From Klebsormidium nitens (Eukaryota; Plantae; Klebsormidiophyceae): a stretch of DNA of 64,000 nt. Positions 1 through 28,682 of this stretch are shown one piece after another. A model generated the notes under the pieces. That model did no database searches and was not told the origin of the DNA. It saw only the letters and a list, made by a program, of their open reading frames with translations. Location of the stretch: contig DF237034.1 in assembly GCA_000708835.1 (NCBI GenBank), positions 160,722-224,721 of the forward strand, read 5' to 3'. The translations under genes and the position numbers were made by a program. Position 1 is the stretch's first letter. Every line of letters begins with the position of its first letter.

Positions 1-2779
1 TGTGAGCCACCACAGCCAGAAGGGGAGCGAGGTGAATAAGGGCGAGGGCGAGCCAGCCAGTCTCAGAGCGGAGCCGCAGGCAACGGCTGCAGCAGAGGGC
101 AAGGCGGAGAAGCCCCAGTGGTGGGGGCAGCGAGCACAGGGTAGTGTCGTGAATGCTTTCAAGAATCTAGGTGATGCACTTGGGGGGGTGCGGGAAGGGG
201 TGGCTGAGGGGGGTGGGGAAGAGGTGGCGGCACCGGAGCAGCTGACGACGCTGGGAGGGTGGTGGACGCACCCCGCCCGGCCATATGTGGTGTGGACGTT
301 TCTTACGCTGCTGGGGCTCAGCCTGGTGAGGATCCTCCCCTGCGAAATTGAGTGCCAAAGTTCGTTGCCAACATCGGTGTGAGCCTAGTGGCTGAGCATG
401 CCAGCTGGCGGTAGACAAGGCTGGCTAAGTTTCCTTTTGTCCCACAAGCCTTCGTTAAGCACATCATTTGTGTTCGTCAGTCGAACGGGCACATACTGAC
501 CTAGTGTACCATGGTTGCTAAACTCGTCTCCTGCCTTGTCCAGGCCTGGTCCCTGGTCCGCCCGTCTGCACCTTACCCTGGCGTCCCCGTCACTGGCGAG
601 GCGGCAGTCCTGCTGCAGTCGCAGCTGAAGCGGCTGGAGGACACGGTGGGCAAGACAGTAGGGGGGCTCCAGGCGCAGGTGGACGTGCTGACGCGGCGGG
701 ACGAGGAGGCGGGCAAGAAAGCAAAGGGCATGGAGAGCAGGCTGGAGGGGCAGCTCAAGAAGCTGGGCAGTGACATGGCCGACGTGCGGACCAAGGTGCG
801 GCTCGGCTGTGGTGCGCAAATGGGCTCAGCACAACCAGTAGTAGTGGTGGCGCAATGGGTCAACTCGCAAATGGTTGTCGCTCAACAAGCTTTGACGCCA
901 GCTGTCAGTGTGTATGGGCTGTGCTATCACGCTTGGTCCACTCACTCTGCTTTCGATTGAGTTGGGCAGGGGTGAATAAATGAGAGATACATTGAAAAGT
1001 CTCGTCCTGCCATTCGCGTTTCGAAATGACCCGACTTACAAAGAAATTTGCGCAAACAGACCTTGCTGTCAAGTTCGTTCTCTAATCCGACCCTTGGTTG
1101 GCGCAAGACCTTATCACAGTCCGCCCTCTAAGACGGCCCCCTTCTCATGTTGCCAGGTGTCAGGTGCGGAGGCGGTGCTGGCGAAGCTGTCGGTGGAGGG
1201 GGCGGTGGTGAGCCGGCAGGAGGTCCTGGCACTGGCCAAGTCCGTGGTCGATCAGCGCGCAGGGGCGGGCAAGGGCGGGGTGCTGGACTTGGAAGATGTC
1301 AGGGCAGCCGCGCGCAGAGTGGTGAGGCGGGGGAAGGAAAATAAACAACCTTCTTTTGCATGAGTGCCCACTCAGCTGGTGACGTGCTCAAGCTCTTCTT
1401 AGAGGTCGACACCATGACGTCTGGAATGGTTGAAAGTCAGAATCCGGGTCTGTAAATGACAGTCGAGACAGGTTTTTATCGGCGTGGCTCAAAATTAGGA
1501 TCTGGGTTGCAGTTGGAGAGTCCTCTAAGAGTTCCTGGCATCTTGTCCCCTTCGCCCAGTAGACTTCCTTCGACTCAAAATCTCATCTTCTTGGAAAACA
1601 TAGACGCACTCTCCATGCGTGACTCCTTACGAGACACTTTCCGATACTCGTTGCCTGGCTTTAGACCAGTACTTCTTGGCCCCCGCTCGAGTACTTCTCT
1701 TCATGAGACGACCTTTCCTGTCCCCCTCACACTCACCCCCCCACCTCCCCCCCGCAGGTCCTGGACGAGCTGGAGCGGCACAGTGCGGACCGTCTGGGCC
1801 GGCCCGACCACGCAGTGTACTCGAGTGGGGGCCGCGTGCTGGCGCACAGCGCGGCGTGGCACACCCCCGGCTTCGGGGGCCTGCTGAGTCAGCTGAAGCT
1901 GGGCCTGCACCCGCAGGCGCAGCGCGTGGTGCAGCCCAGCCACGGGGAGCCGGGGCACTGCCTGCCGCTCAAGGTGCTCGACGGCAGCTACGGCCACGTG
2001 GACGTCGCGCTGCGGACCAGCGTCGTCCCGGAGGCAATCACGCTGGAACACGTGTCCAAGGTGAGGGGCGGCGGGGAGACCTTGCCCGTGAAGAGCGTGT
2101 TGATTTCAAGCAGGCTGCAAGGGGCCTTCGTAAAACAATTGGGGACGAAACAGAAGTCGAGTGCCTTGGGCCTGTCGATGGTGTCGGCTTCAGGCAGTTG
2201 TTCAAAGATTGTTGTCGTGTTCTTGGGTCTGGTTAATGCCCGTACGAAGCTGCTCGTAAAGTATCTGTCGTTGAGGGCATTCACCTGGAGAGGAGATTCA
2301 ACCATTGTCGACTATGAAGGGCCATCTTCAATCCAGTATGCGAAAGCCACGGCAAGCAGAGGCCACCACCACCGCCTCCAATTCGCCGAACTCGAAAGAC
2401 TCTGGAAGAGAGCCCCCACCTGGCCATGTCTGTTGGATTGACCGCGATTGGACTGTCGGTAGCTGCCACCTGGGACAAAGCAATATCTTGATCCTTTCCA
2501 CAGACCACAGCGTTCGACCTGTCTACCGCCCCCAAGGCGTTCCGCATCTCGGGCTGGCACAACGAGCCGGCCAAGGCGGCCGAGCCTGAGGTTCTCGGAA
2601 CTTTCGAGTACGACACCAGCGCAGACTACGCGGCGCAAATGTTCACCGTCAAGCCGGGGCCGTCTGCCGGCATGGCCGGATACAACGTGGTGCGGCTGGA
2701 GGTGCTGTCCAACTACGGCAGCGAGGACTTCACGTGCATATACAGGTTGCGGGTGCACGGTATCCCCCTCCGTGCCTAG
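1..2779 (+). CDS. SUN-domain (Sad1/UNC-84) nuclear envelope protein, 5' end cut by window edge; multi-exon
   Basis: Approximate exons 1-326, 544-795, 1158-1323, 1758-2060, 2503-2779. The spliced product has a TM segment (VVWTFLTLLGLSL), a coiled coil (LQSQLKRLEDTVGKTVGGLQAQVDVL) and a C-terminal SUN domain (PDHAVYSSGGRVLAHS...PSHGEPGHCLPL...AITLEHVSK|TTAFDLSTAPKAFRISGW...LGTFEYD...VRLEVLSNYGSEDFTCIYRLRVHG). Stop TAG at 2777-2779. Confidence 0.92.
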
Positions 2780-4255
2780 CAGCGGGGCAGAGACAGCGGC
2801 ACAAGGCGTTTCCAGATGATGCGAGCGGTTTATGAGGACTGAGCGGCTTGTTGTTTGGCTCTATCGAATCTTAAAAAGGCAATTCTTAGAATATTGCAAC
2901 CCCTCATCAGGGGCAATAATGCCAGATGGAGGTATCAGAGTACGGGATCCGTGATGATAACCACTTAACATGAGCAGTTCAAGACTCCTGGTGGCCAGGT
3001 TCCTGGACCACCCGGGAGGAGAATGTGGAAGAACCATTTTCACACAGTGAACGGTTTGATGGACTCCACATGTAATTCTCCCCTTGCTCCATGCATGATG
3101 CAAGGTTAGATTTGATTCATTGCATTTGCTACCCAGTACGCTATTGATAGGCATGGTTCCTTGGTTCCATGAACGACGTCAGATCTAGGTTAAGTTGCTA
3201 CCCGGTATACGCCAATTGACATGCATGGGTCCAGGTGCACATTATAGCCGCCCATGTCCTCTATACATCATGGGTGAAGTTGCACTAAGTCATATACTCT
3301 ATTGTATACTAATCTATTACCATGGCAGATGCTGGATCGCGAAAGCATGATCGACGTATTATCATGCCAGGCTGGCATGCATCAGCTATATAGTTACCGA
3401 GCAGCACATTTACAGAGGTCGCAATCACAGCTGCCTAGATCAACTAGTGAGGCCTGCTATTTTTATAGAAAGTGTTGTGACTTGATACCGTTGCAGTCGT
3501 GTTCATCTTTGCGCCACAGGTCTTCTGTTTGCACTGTCTTTCAATCAGGTTCAGACTTCAACCACACACTATCAGACATCGATAGATATATGACCATATA
3601 AAAGTTTGTCATGCTGTCGAACTTGGCTTAGTTGATCAAGTTCCACGGCTATCATTGCACGATCGGCCACCTCTGCATGAGGTCTATGTGACCTGTAGGC
3701 GGCCCACATTTGCTGTCTAGGTTCGAGTATGTTCACTGTGAAACCATTAGCATACCTTCTAAGCAGGCACTTTTGCACGGGGAAACATGTTTTTCATGTG
3801 CATTGAACAAGGAACAGGGGTGTTGTATATAGCTTTCAGATTTTCTCAACATTGGCCTTTGCATTCCCTTGACCTTCTCTATCAGTGGCAAACCAAAGCT
3901 GTTGATGCAGCAGTCAAGCTGACACAACCGTCTGGTACATGAACAAGGATTCGGCCAACAATCTGGTTTGGCTGCATACCTTATGTAACACTGCCTATGT
4001 GTGAAGACATGCTTGGCGCGCACAAAAACAGAGGCATATTTAGCTAGCCGATCAAAGAGGACAATTGAGAGTAGCACTATGACAATCAGTTGCTTGTGTA
4101 TCATCCGAAAAAACTCCAAAGTTTTTGAGACAAGAGTTTGTCAATGTAGCCCAATATACATAACCTAGCTGCCAAGACGTATGAACAAACAGCTGGGTCA
4201 AATTGCTCGCCGTGTATTTAAGTCACGGACTGCCACATAGCCTTCGACAATGTGG

Positions 4256-4843
4256 CTATAGCTTAGCTTGTGCAGCCTTTTGGGCTACAATGATGGGAAT
4301 GTCAGCATACTGAAACAAGAAATATCCGTACGCTCCTCCGCAGCCGAGGAGGGTCACCGCCAAAAGTAACCACCACGCTGGCGACCTCACCAAGCGTGCC
4401 ATCCCCGCCGTTCCAGGCACTTGATTCCATGATGGTGGACTACGTTCCGCTTCTGCCGATGCTGGGCCTCCTCTTCTCTCCTCTTTGTTCGGACCTTGCT
4501 CATCCTGCTCTGCTGATTGACAAACGAGTGCCCTTCTTTTCCGAGAGACAGCTACAGGGGGTGAATTCGTCCAGAGTAGCCGTGAGTAATCTGCGTGGAC
4601 CACCATCGTCGGACCACTTGATGATACACTCAGAAAACCCACATCAGTGCACTCTCTCTTCTGCAAATGCCGCCAATCCGTTCCAACCGTCCTACTCTTC
4701 TGTGCGGGAGTAAGCTTGACGCTGCATTGCGCTCTCTGAGATCGAATCTGCCGGCCTGCTGTGGGCAATTGCTTGAGAGGCAAGGAAACCCAACTCGGAG
4801 ACGATACAGCGCACTGGCAACCGCAGCCACCGGGGACCGCCAT
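4256..4843 (-). CDS. Hypothetical protein (about 195 aa) with a transit-peptide-like N-terminus and one C-terminal TM helix
   Basis: The ATG at 4843 follows a TGCAG acceptor-like site. The N-terminus is Ser/Arg-rich and ends RRALVCQSAEQDEQGP, followed by a hydrophobic segment AWWLLLAVTLLGCGGAYGYFLF near the C-terminus. It lies head-to-head with the ABCC gene. I recognise no family. Confidence 0.45.
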   Translation of the reverse strand: MAVPGGCGCQCAVSSPSWVSLPLKQLPTAGRQIRSQRAQCSVKLTPAQKSRTVGTDWRHLQKRECTDVGFLSVSSSGPTMVVHADYSRLLWTNSPPVAVSRKRRALVCQSAEQDEQGPNKEERRGGPASAEAERSPPSWNQVPGTAGMARLVRSPAWWLLLAVTLLGCGGAYGYFLFQYADIPIIVAQKAAQAKL

Positions 4844-5082
4844 CTGCAATATCTGCACAGCAACTGTCAATTGGCTTCTGTTGACATCAGAGGGGTGCAC
4901 TCAGGAGCCCAATTGCACACGAATGCGAGCGCCCAATGGCAACAGCTGCCAGAATGACCCAGCAATGGCAGCATTGTTTGATTGTGAAACGCCATGTGCT
5001 GGGCAAGGGCTCCCCTGAAACTGAGGAGCACGCAATCTCGGCTGCTGACCTGGAATTAATTTGGATTTTGTACGCGCACTTT

Positions 5083-5094
5083 TGCCACGTGGCA
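5083..5094. promoter_or_regulatory. Perfect palindromic G-box/ABRE (TGCCACGTGGCA) in a divergent promoter
   Basis: A 12-bp palindrome with a CACGTG core lies about 490 bp upstream of the ABCC ATG and about 240 bp upstream of the minus-strand ORF. Function is inferred only from plant bZIP-binding motifs. Confidence 0.35.
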
Positions 5095-5583
5095 GTCCGC
5101 AAACCATGGGAGGCGTCAGAAAAGTGCCACGCCGGGCTGGCTCGCAAAAAGGCCACGTCGTTGCCCGCAACTGCCTGGCCCAGGCAGCCTCCTTGACAAG
5201 TTGCTAGCTTGAGCTCCAGCGCCTTCCCGCATGGAGCAGGGTGGTCCAAGTCACAGTGAGTCTGGAAGGGGCGCTTTCCAGCGGCGTAGGAGCAGCTGGT
5301 CGACAGGGCATCGGTGCAGAAGCTGATTGAGGTGCTTTTGCAGCTTTTGGTGAGCTGTTCTTTCATAGGGGCTGAGGTTTGGCAGGCTGTGTTGAGGATA
5401 GCCGGTCGAAATTGGTGGGAAGATTCTTGGCGGCTTCGTTCACAGATCTCAAGCAGCGGCGCTGTCAGCAGGTTTTAGCGAAGTCAATCGATCAGTTACA
5501 CGTTCATTTTAGCTGACAGGCGTAGGGATTAATCTTTGTCCGGGTGAAACATTCATAGAAAGGGGGTTGAGGTTGCCGCAAAG

Positions 5584-17700
<12,117 letters not shown>

Positions 17701-18985
17701 GAGGCTCCTGTACTGCCTTCAGTACATGTGAATTCTCATGACCTTTGTGAAAGATACTGCACCCCAAAATGGGGGTTGCAGTCTGCTGAAGGTAGTAAGC
17801 GGGTTGTAAATAGTTGACAAGAGTAGGCATGATTGACGAGATACATCTTATCCCCGATTCATTGACATCAGGTAATTACTTGATACGTTGCTCGCTTGAT
17901 ATCAAATCATCAACGTGTTGCTGTCTCTGAAGCCGTTAGTGTACTTGCTGTAGTTACCAAGAAGTTAAGCCGTTTGGGCTCGACAATTGATGCATCGATC
18001 GATGTTTGCCAACAGCCAGCTTTGGAATCTATTTCCGTTTGCAAATTTTGCATATAGTAGAGTTGCATCAATCTAGATCGAGCCTGTCATTTGGCACGTG
18101 TAGATTTGTAGCCAACATGTGGCACATGAAGTCGATTGATCTAAACCTGGTTGGACGTACTGCTGCACGCGAATGACTTCCATCGCATGCACACTCAATC
18201 AAGGTCTAAGTTGGTCTTGAAGCTTTAGTGCCCTAGCTGAACGCAGGCAAGAATGATAACGTGTGCAGTGGGGGAATCACGCAATGCATTCAATGGGCAA
18301 CATTGTATGTATACCCTGATCGCATGCATGGTCTCTGATCGACGCCGCACTGACATGAAAAGATGCAGACGCGGGCGTGATCAAACTAGCTTTTGGTTCT
18401 TGCAATGACAATCATTGAAAAGTTCCTGAGTTTAATTGCCGAACTCTGCATGGGTGGCAGGGCCCCAGGCCCAATGCAGACGGCCGACCATTGAGGAAGA
18501 GCCTGCTGCAATTTCAATCTAGTGAGAGGAGCTGTGACTGAGAAAGTGACGTCCTAACTCATTAAACGGGCCGCCACATCCTGCATCTACTGCCACCACA
18601 GGTTTCAACGCGAGAAGTGACTATCTTTGGAGAATTGGTCATGCAAAACTCGCAATTAAGTCGAAATTGGAGCAGTGGATAGATAGTAAAACATAGGTGG
18701 GTTTTGCAGCATGCATCTTGACGTTGCGATCTTGTCATCAAATTGCGGTAGCCCCACATGATACACTGAAACACTCAACGGACTTATTCCGTCCAAGATC
18801 AGTTCGAAGTGCAAAGGATTTATAGTCAATGATAGCTTCATACTGATCCAGGGCCCTAGTGAGGCTGATCTTACATCTTGAGGTTTTCATCTCGATTCTA
18901 TGATGGCACATGTTGCATTTGCGGAGATTCATCCGCTCACTGATTCTAGCTGTCAGTCGTTGGCAACCGTCTAGAACATCCTCAA

Positions 18986-19705
18986 TCAGTTTCTATTTTG
19001 AGAGTTGAAGCCTTCAGATTTTTGGAGTTTTGAATCTAGTGATTCTTTCCAAGCAACTTCCTGCTTGTAATAGACTCGGAACTGCTTTGGCAGATAGACA
19101 GGCAAAAGGAATCCCAATAGATTGTAAGTCCAAAACGCCAGGTTGCTAAGGGCTAGTAGAGCGTTGATCACTTGCCATGGCAACGCCCAAGCTGATCGCA
19201 CCTCTTGTCCGGTAGCTCTTCTGACCCAATGCAATAAAGTGACAAGCCGCTTCGTATTGTAGCTTGCAGGGATGAGGACTTTGACAGGAGCGGAAACTGC
19301 AGGGTCTACTGAAAACCCCTCTGTAACAATCTGGGCTATCAAGAGGAAGCAATGTGGAACAGCAGACACGACAGCGTCGCTATCACCCAAGATGAAAGAC
19401 AGGAGAATGAAGACGGATGGGACTAGAAGACCTATGAATGCCCCAAAAGTGACGTAGTACTTAAAAACCGTGTTTCCTTTGAATGGATTCTCTGGTGGTT
19501 GCTCAGATACTGGAGGGAATATGATTGCTGCAAAAAATATTATGTACAGGGTGCTAGCAAACGGGTAGAGCATGTCCGTCCAGCTCACAGCACCTGTCAT
19601 TGCAAGAACGATCATCAGGCAGATCATGTTGACCTGAAAGATGGACAGTCTGTTCCACTGCCGCTGAATGTAAGAAGCCCCAATGGGCTGACTTCTTGCT
19701 GCCAT
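18986..19705 (-). CDS. Uncharacterised plant-conserved multi-pass membrane protein, intronless CDS (about 239 aa)
   Basis: The ORF runs from ATG 19705 (MAARSQPIG). It has several TM helices and the motifs AVPHCFLLIAQIVTEG, VLIPASYNTKRL and LAFWTYNLLGFLLPVYLPK. From memory these resemble an uncharacterised land-plant family (At5g52420-like); I did not search. Confidence 0.8.
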   Translation of the reverse strand: MAARSQPIGASYIQRQWNRLSIFQVNMICLMIVLAMTGAVSWTDMLYPFASTLYIIFFAAIIFPPVSEQPPENPFKGNTVFKYYVTFGAFIGLLVPSVFILLSFILGDSDAVVSAVPHCFLLIAQIVTEGFSVDPAVSAPVKVLIPASYNTKRLVTLLHWVRRATGQEVRSAWALPWQVINALLALSNLAFWTYNLLGFLLPVYLPKQFRVYYKQEVAWKESLDSKLQKSEGFNSQNRN

Positions 19706-20382
19706 GCCAGATGCTCCTTCAAAATCAACTTCAAGCTCAAGACTGAAGTTCTGAAGAAGTGAGCATTCCAGTTCAATCTGAACAGTATCAAAGACTTTAA
19801 AGTACCGTAATACGGTACCGGCTGCGCATTGCGCAATGCCCACTCAGACCGCCTGGGCCTGCCGCCTGTTCAGTGTTGACCATTATCCATGCATGCTAGC
19901 GGGCTGTACCTATTGCTGGTGATGACCTCAGTTGAGCTGACTCAGTTGCCACATGGCATTGCTGAGAGCGGATTTCAATGCACGTGGCACTTACGTCGCA
20001 TGTGATTGGTTTTCTTGAAAGTAATCATCTGCGTGTGATGTCACAGTTAAATGTGAGCGTGCGAACGCGGTGCACATATTCCCAAATTTGGTTTGGGGTC
20101 TGTCCGAAACGCTGAGCACTAGCTGCACTGCATGAGCAGCATGCTCTTCTTATCTCGTCCAAAGTTCAGGGCGACATCTCGGCAGAGACGCCACACGTAG
20201 TCTTAGAGGTCCTCCCAGGTGGATCCATCGCTCCGAGGAACGGTTGTGGGGCTGCACCTACTGCCCGCAACATAGCTGCTGATGACAGCAGCTGGAACTT
20301 GAAAGGCTGGAGAAGCCAATTCGCATTCTTCCACCTTGAAATTCTGCATACAGCAGGGAGTGGTGTTGCCTGATCTGCAAAC

Positions 20383-24670
<4,288 letters not shown>

Positions 24671-25730
24671 GTTCTAGGAAGGGGTCCAAATGTTTTTGCT
24701 AGGATTAGGCATCAGTAACGAGGGGCGGTGTGATTCGCAGGTTACTCGACACCTAGAGAAAGGTAAGCACACAGGGGTGACGTTTCTTCCCCAGGTTGAG
24801 GTAGCGACCAGCGAGTTGTCCGACAAGTACCGACCGGCCCACTCCGCGTAGGTTTGTTGCTGCAAAATAACGTCAATCAATAAGATCTTTACACATGCAG
24901 GAGAAGGTGAAGGCAAGGACTTCAATCCTTTTGGCTGCCAGTTGTCGAAAGATAGTAGGTTTTGTTCATGTCGCATTAGTCAATCATGTGTCTGGCCGTG
25001 CAGATCAAGGTGTTCAAACCAGTAATTCTCGACTCGAACAACCAGATTACGCATGCCATCTTGTTCAAACAGAGGCACAAAGCTATAGATCGCCGATGCA
25101 CCCATTGATCCAAATACAAAGATTTTTGAATGCCCTACCACCTATAATTAGGCAGAATCGCTAGCCTGCTGCACACAATTGTATGCTTATTACGGTTAAC
25201 CGTTGAGAGAACCTGAAGTTGCCCCCGTGATTGAAAGCTGGTCATTTACGGTCGGTATACCTAGTGAATGTGGACCTGCATGACTCAGCCTAGCCTGCAC
25301 GGACCGGCACGTCTAACTAGGGGTGGGTACTCCCGATCCACGTGGCCGCGGCGGCAACTCTGAGTCATCATTGAATGGAGAATGTTTCGCGCCAGATATT
25401 GCGTGCAAGACCGTCCGAAGTCACACAACTAAGACTTTGGAGGGCCATACTATGAGCAATATTAAAAGTTACAATTCAAGTTCTGCTCGAACTTCGAAGA
25501 TCTGCAGCTAGGGCGCCACCCTGGACCGTCTTCGCGTGGCGACGGTAGATTTCAACTTGCCTCAGGCTCAAGAGTCCAGGTTGCTCAGAGTCAAGGGCGC
25601 CAAAGCCTAAGGGGTCCAGAGGGAAGACCCAAGAGCGAGCTCGAGGAGCGTCAGTCCCTTCGCCACACTTACCTCTTGCTCAGATCAAGCAGAGGAAGTT
25701 ACGATTGATCGCAGCCACTTGGGTGAAACG

Positions 25731-28682
25731 ATGCATCGTGGCAGTGGTGTGCTCAGAGGCGCCTGGCAGAAGCGGCATGGCCTTGAAAGAGTGATTGAAC
25801 AGCATGCGGCCACTTTTCGAACTCGGGCTTTGGCGGCCACGGAGTCCGTGGCAAGGAATGGATCATACCCAACCACTTCAGCGCAGGTGACGTGCTTCTA
25901 AGTTTGCACCTCTTTGTCTTGAGTTGGTGCTTTTCAATATGGTGGTAGTAAGTTGGTAAGGGTTTTGACTGTCTGGTCGTTTTCAGGGAAGTTGTTGACA
26001 ATGTTCCGGTGCTGATTTTAATGGATAGCATTGAGATCTATTGATGTGGTCAACCAAAGTGCTTCTCTTTCTCCCTTGATTAACTATTGCATCTGCAAAT
26101 CATTTAGATGTCTGAATTCCGTGCAACCTGAACTTACCCGAGCGCATGCATGCCCAGCATTGCCTTGCTTCGGCAAATCGGCCAAGTGATTGAACCACTG
26201 AGAATAGAATCGGCTCTTAAAGGCTGCCAGATCACAGATCATGCGTTGATCAGTTGCAATGAGCTGAATCTTCTCGGTGCTGTCTTTATGCAGGCTTACT
26301 GCGAGTCCCACCCGCTCCAAAATGTAGGCAGAGCAGGCTCTTTCAGTGCCCCCCAGTCTCTCTCCTCCTTCTCTTCGGCCTCCTGGGCCAGCCAGCCCTG
26401 CATGGCCCCGGCCGCCGATGCTCCGGGCAGCACTGCGGGTGAGTCGCAGACCGGCAATGGCGCCGAGGCCTCAACGTCAGGAAAGGCGGAAGCATCGGAA
26501 GCGCGGGCGAAGGCCGGGCCTGCTGAAGGGCGGGACGTGGATGCCAGCAAGGAGGAGCTGGTGCAGATGCTGGCGGAGCGCGAGGTGGTGCTGGACGAGC
26601 AGGGGGAGCAGATCAAGGAGCTGCAGGAGAAAGTGCTGCGCACGCTGGCGGAGATGGAGAACCTGCGGGAGAGGACGGCCAGGGAGGCCGACAACACGCG
26701 CAAGTTTGCCCTCCAGGTCAGGGAAACGGACAGCCTATCTGGGACCCCCTCACAGTCTGCTACTGTATCCTTTTCCATAAGAAAATTTTCTTAGCCATTG
26801 TGACATGATGAGGGGGAGCTTCGATGCCCCCGCCGCCGGTGAGCAGTCACCCAAAGTGGCGCCATGGTAAAATTGGGTGGTGGAAAAAGAGGTGTGTGCT
26901 CCTGTGGCAAGATATGCAGCATTGCGATGAGGCTGTTCAGATACCAATTACTTTCAAATGTGGAATGATAATGTTGAAAGCTACTTGGAATATGGATTCC
27001 AGCTCTCTTGCTTGTTGTTTCCAATTCATCAAAAGCTGTGTCCCCCTGATGAAGCTGACGGAGCCTTGTGCTTTAGATAAGGTTGTGTCAGGAAACAGCA
27101 TTGGAACCTAGACAACAGCATTGGGAGCTAGACAACAGCAGTCAGAGCAGGCACAATGCCGTTTGTCAGCTTTTTTTACTCGTCTAGCATATGAGTTCTT
27201 GGTGGTCAGCGAACAAACTCAACCGCTTAAAAAATTTCTGAAGCTGCTAACAAGATGACCGAAGAAGCTGCCACTGCCGTGTCCAGGGCTTCGCACGATC
27301 GCTGCTCGATGTGGCCGACAATCTGTCCCGGGCCACGGGAGCTGTCCCGGAGCAATTCCGGAAAACAAATGGGACTGGGGGCAGCGAGGCCGAAAAGGCT
27401 CTGCGGTCACTGCTGGTGGGGGTCAACATGACGGAGAACCAGCTGCAGCAGGTGAGGACGCAGCGGTGCATGGCTGGGGCCGAAAGAAAGCCCTTGATCA
27501 ATTCAAGGGTTTAGTTGAACGGTGGCACAAGCAATTCCGAGATGGCCGCTTGTGTGGTTCACGCGCAAGCCGACTCTTGTTGTCGTCTTCTCTCGTTTCG
27601 AGGTCAAATGCCCGTCCTTGCGTTGAGAACGTCTGGTGCGAGAAGTGGCATGTCTTCTTCCTTACAGTCATTGACACACCGGGTTCCCTCCTCTCGGTTT
27701 GCCTTTCGATGACCAGGTGTTCCAGTTCGGGCTGCCGAACTTCGAGGGGCCATCTTGCACGCATTTCCAGAGCAGCTAAATGCTGGCGTTGTTAGCTTTG
27801 CCGTTCAGGAGAACGACACGTCAATTTCCACGTCACTGAAGTGACAATCTGAGACGCGATCTTTCTCAAGAAGTCCTCCTCTGCATGGGACGGATCTCTC
27901 GTTCAACGTCTACATTTCCAAGGATCCTTGACGTTTGCTGTGAGATTCGAGGCAGGCCAGTAGAGCCCCGGCTTAGACAACTGTTTTGGTTCGCTTGGGC
28001 GGGTGGTCCTTTGTGCCCCTCTGGCCCTGCGATCAGGGGCGGTAAAAGCGGCCCGCACGATTCGTTTAAGAAACGGGTCGACCGCCCAAAGTTGTCCTTC
28101 AAAGCTGTAGGTACTCGCCTAGTCCTCGAGTGCTCACCCATTCCGGTTCGCGGTTCGCCCAGGTGTTCAAGCGGCACGGGCTGGAGCGGTCCGACCCGCT
28201 GGGGGCCCCCTTCGACCCCAACCACCACAACGCCGTCTTCGAGGTGGAGGACCCTAGCAAGCCGGCGGGGACCGTCGCGCACGTCATGAAGGTCAGCAGG
28301 AGGGGCACCCTCGCGTTGGACTAGCAGCATGCAAACTTTTGTTTTCTTACTCCGCCCGCATTGAAGCACCGCTTCGAAGGCAGAGCGGGGCCGGGGTCTC
28401 AGCACAACGTCAGCAATTGTGGAGGGGCGCAGGGATTGCGCAGGACATTGTCAAACCACGGCCTCATCCTCTGAATGTCATACCCGAGATTCAGGTCCTT
28501 CTTTTCCACACTTTCAAGCTGGCTGGTCAACTCCTGTGCGCCTGGCATATTTCGAAGGTTCCTGAATCCAAGGATTCGTTTGTCGTTCATCAGAGCGTTC
28601 GTCTGTGCAGGCGGGCTATAGCCTCAATGACCGAGTCATCCGTCCAGCCGATGTGGGCGTCGTGAAGGGGAAGGAAGAGTAA
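25731..28682 (+). CDS. grpE: GrpE nucleotide exchange factor, probably mitochondrial (Mge1-like)
   Basis: Approximate exons 25731-25886, 26294-26717, 27267-27451, 28163-28291, 28609-28682. Motifs are LRTLAEMENLRERT...KFALQ|GFARSLLDVADNLSRA, FDPNHHNAVF and GYSLNDRVIRPADVGV. The N-terminal presequence is Arg-rich. Confidence 0.93.

Noticed and set aside
3572-4119. Cys-rich minus-strand ORFs (CWPNPCSCTRRLCQLDCC)
   Set aside because: There is no ATG context or convincing splice chain and no recognisable domain. It is probably 3'UTR or intergenic sequence.
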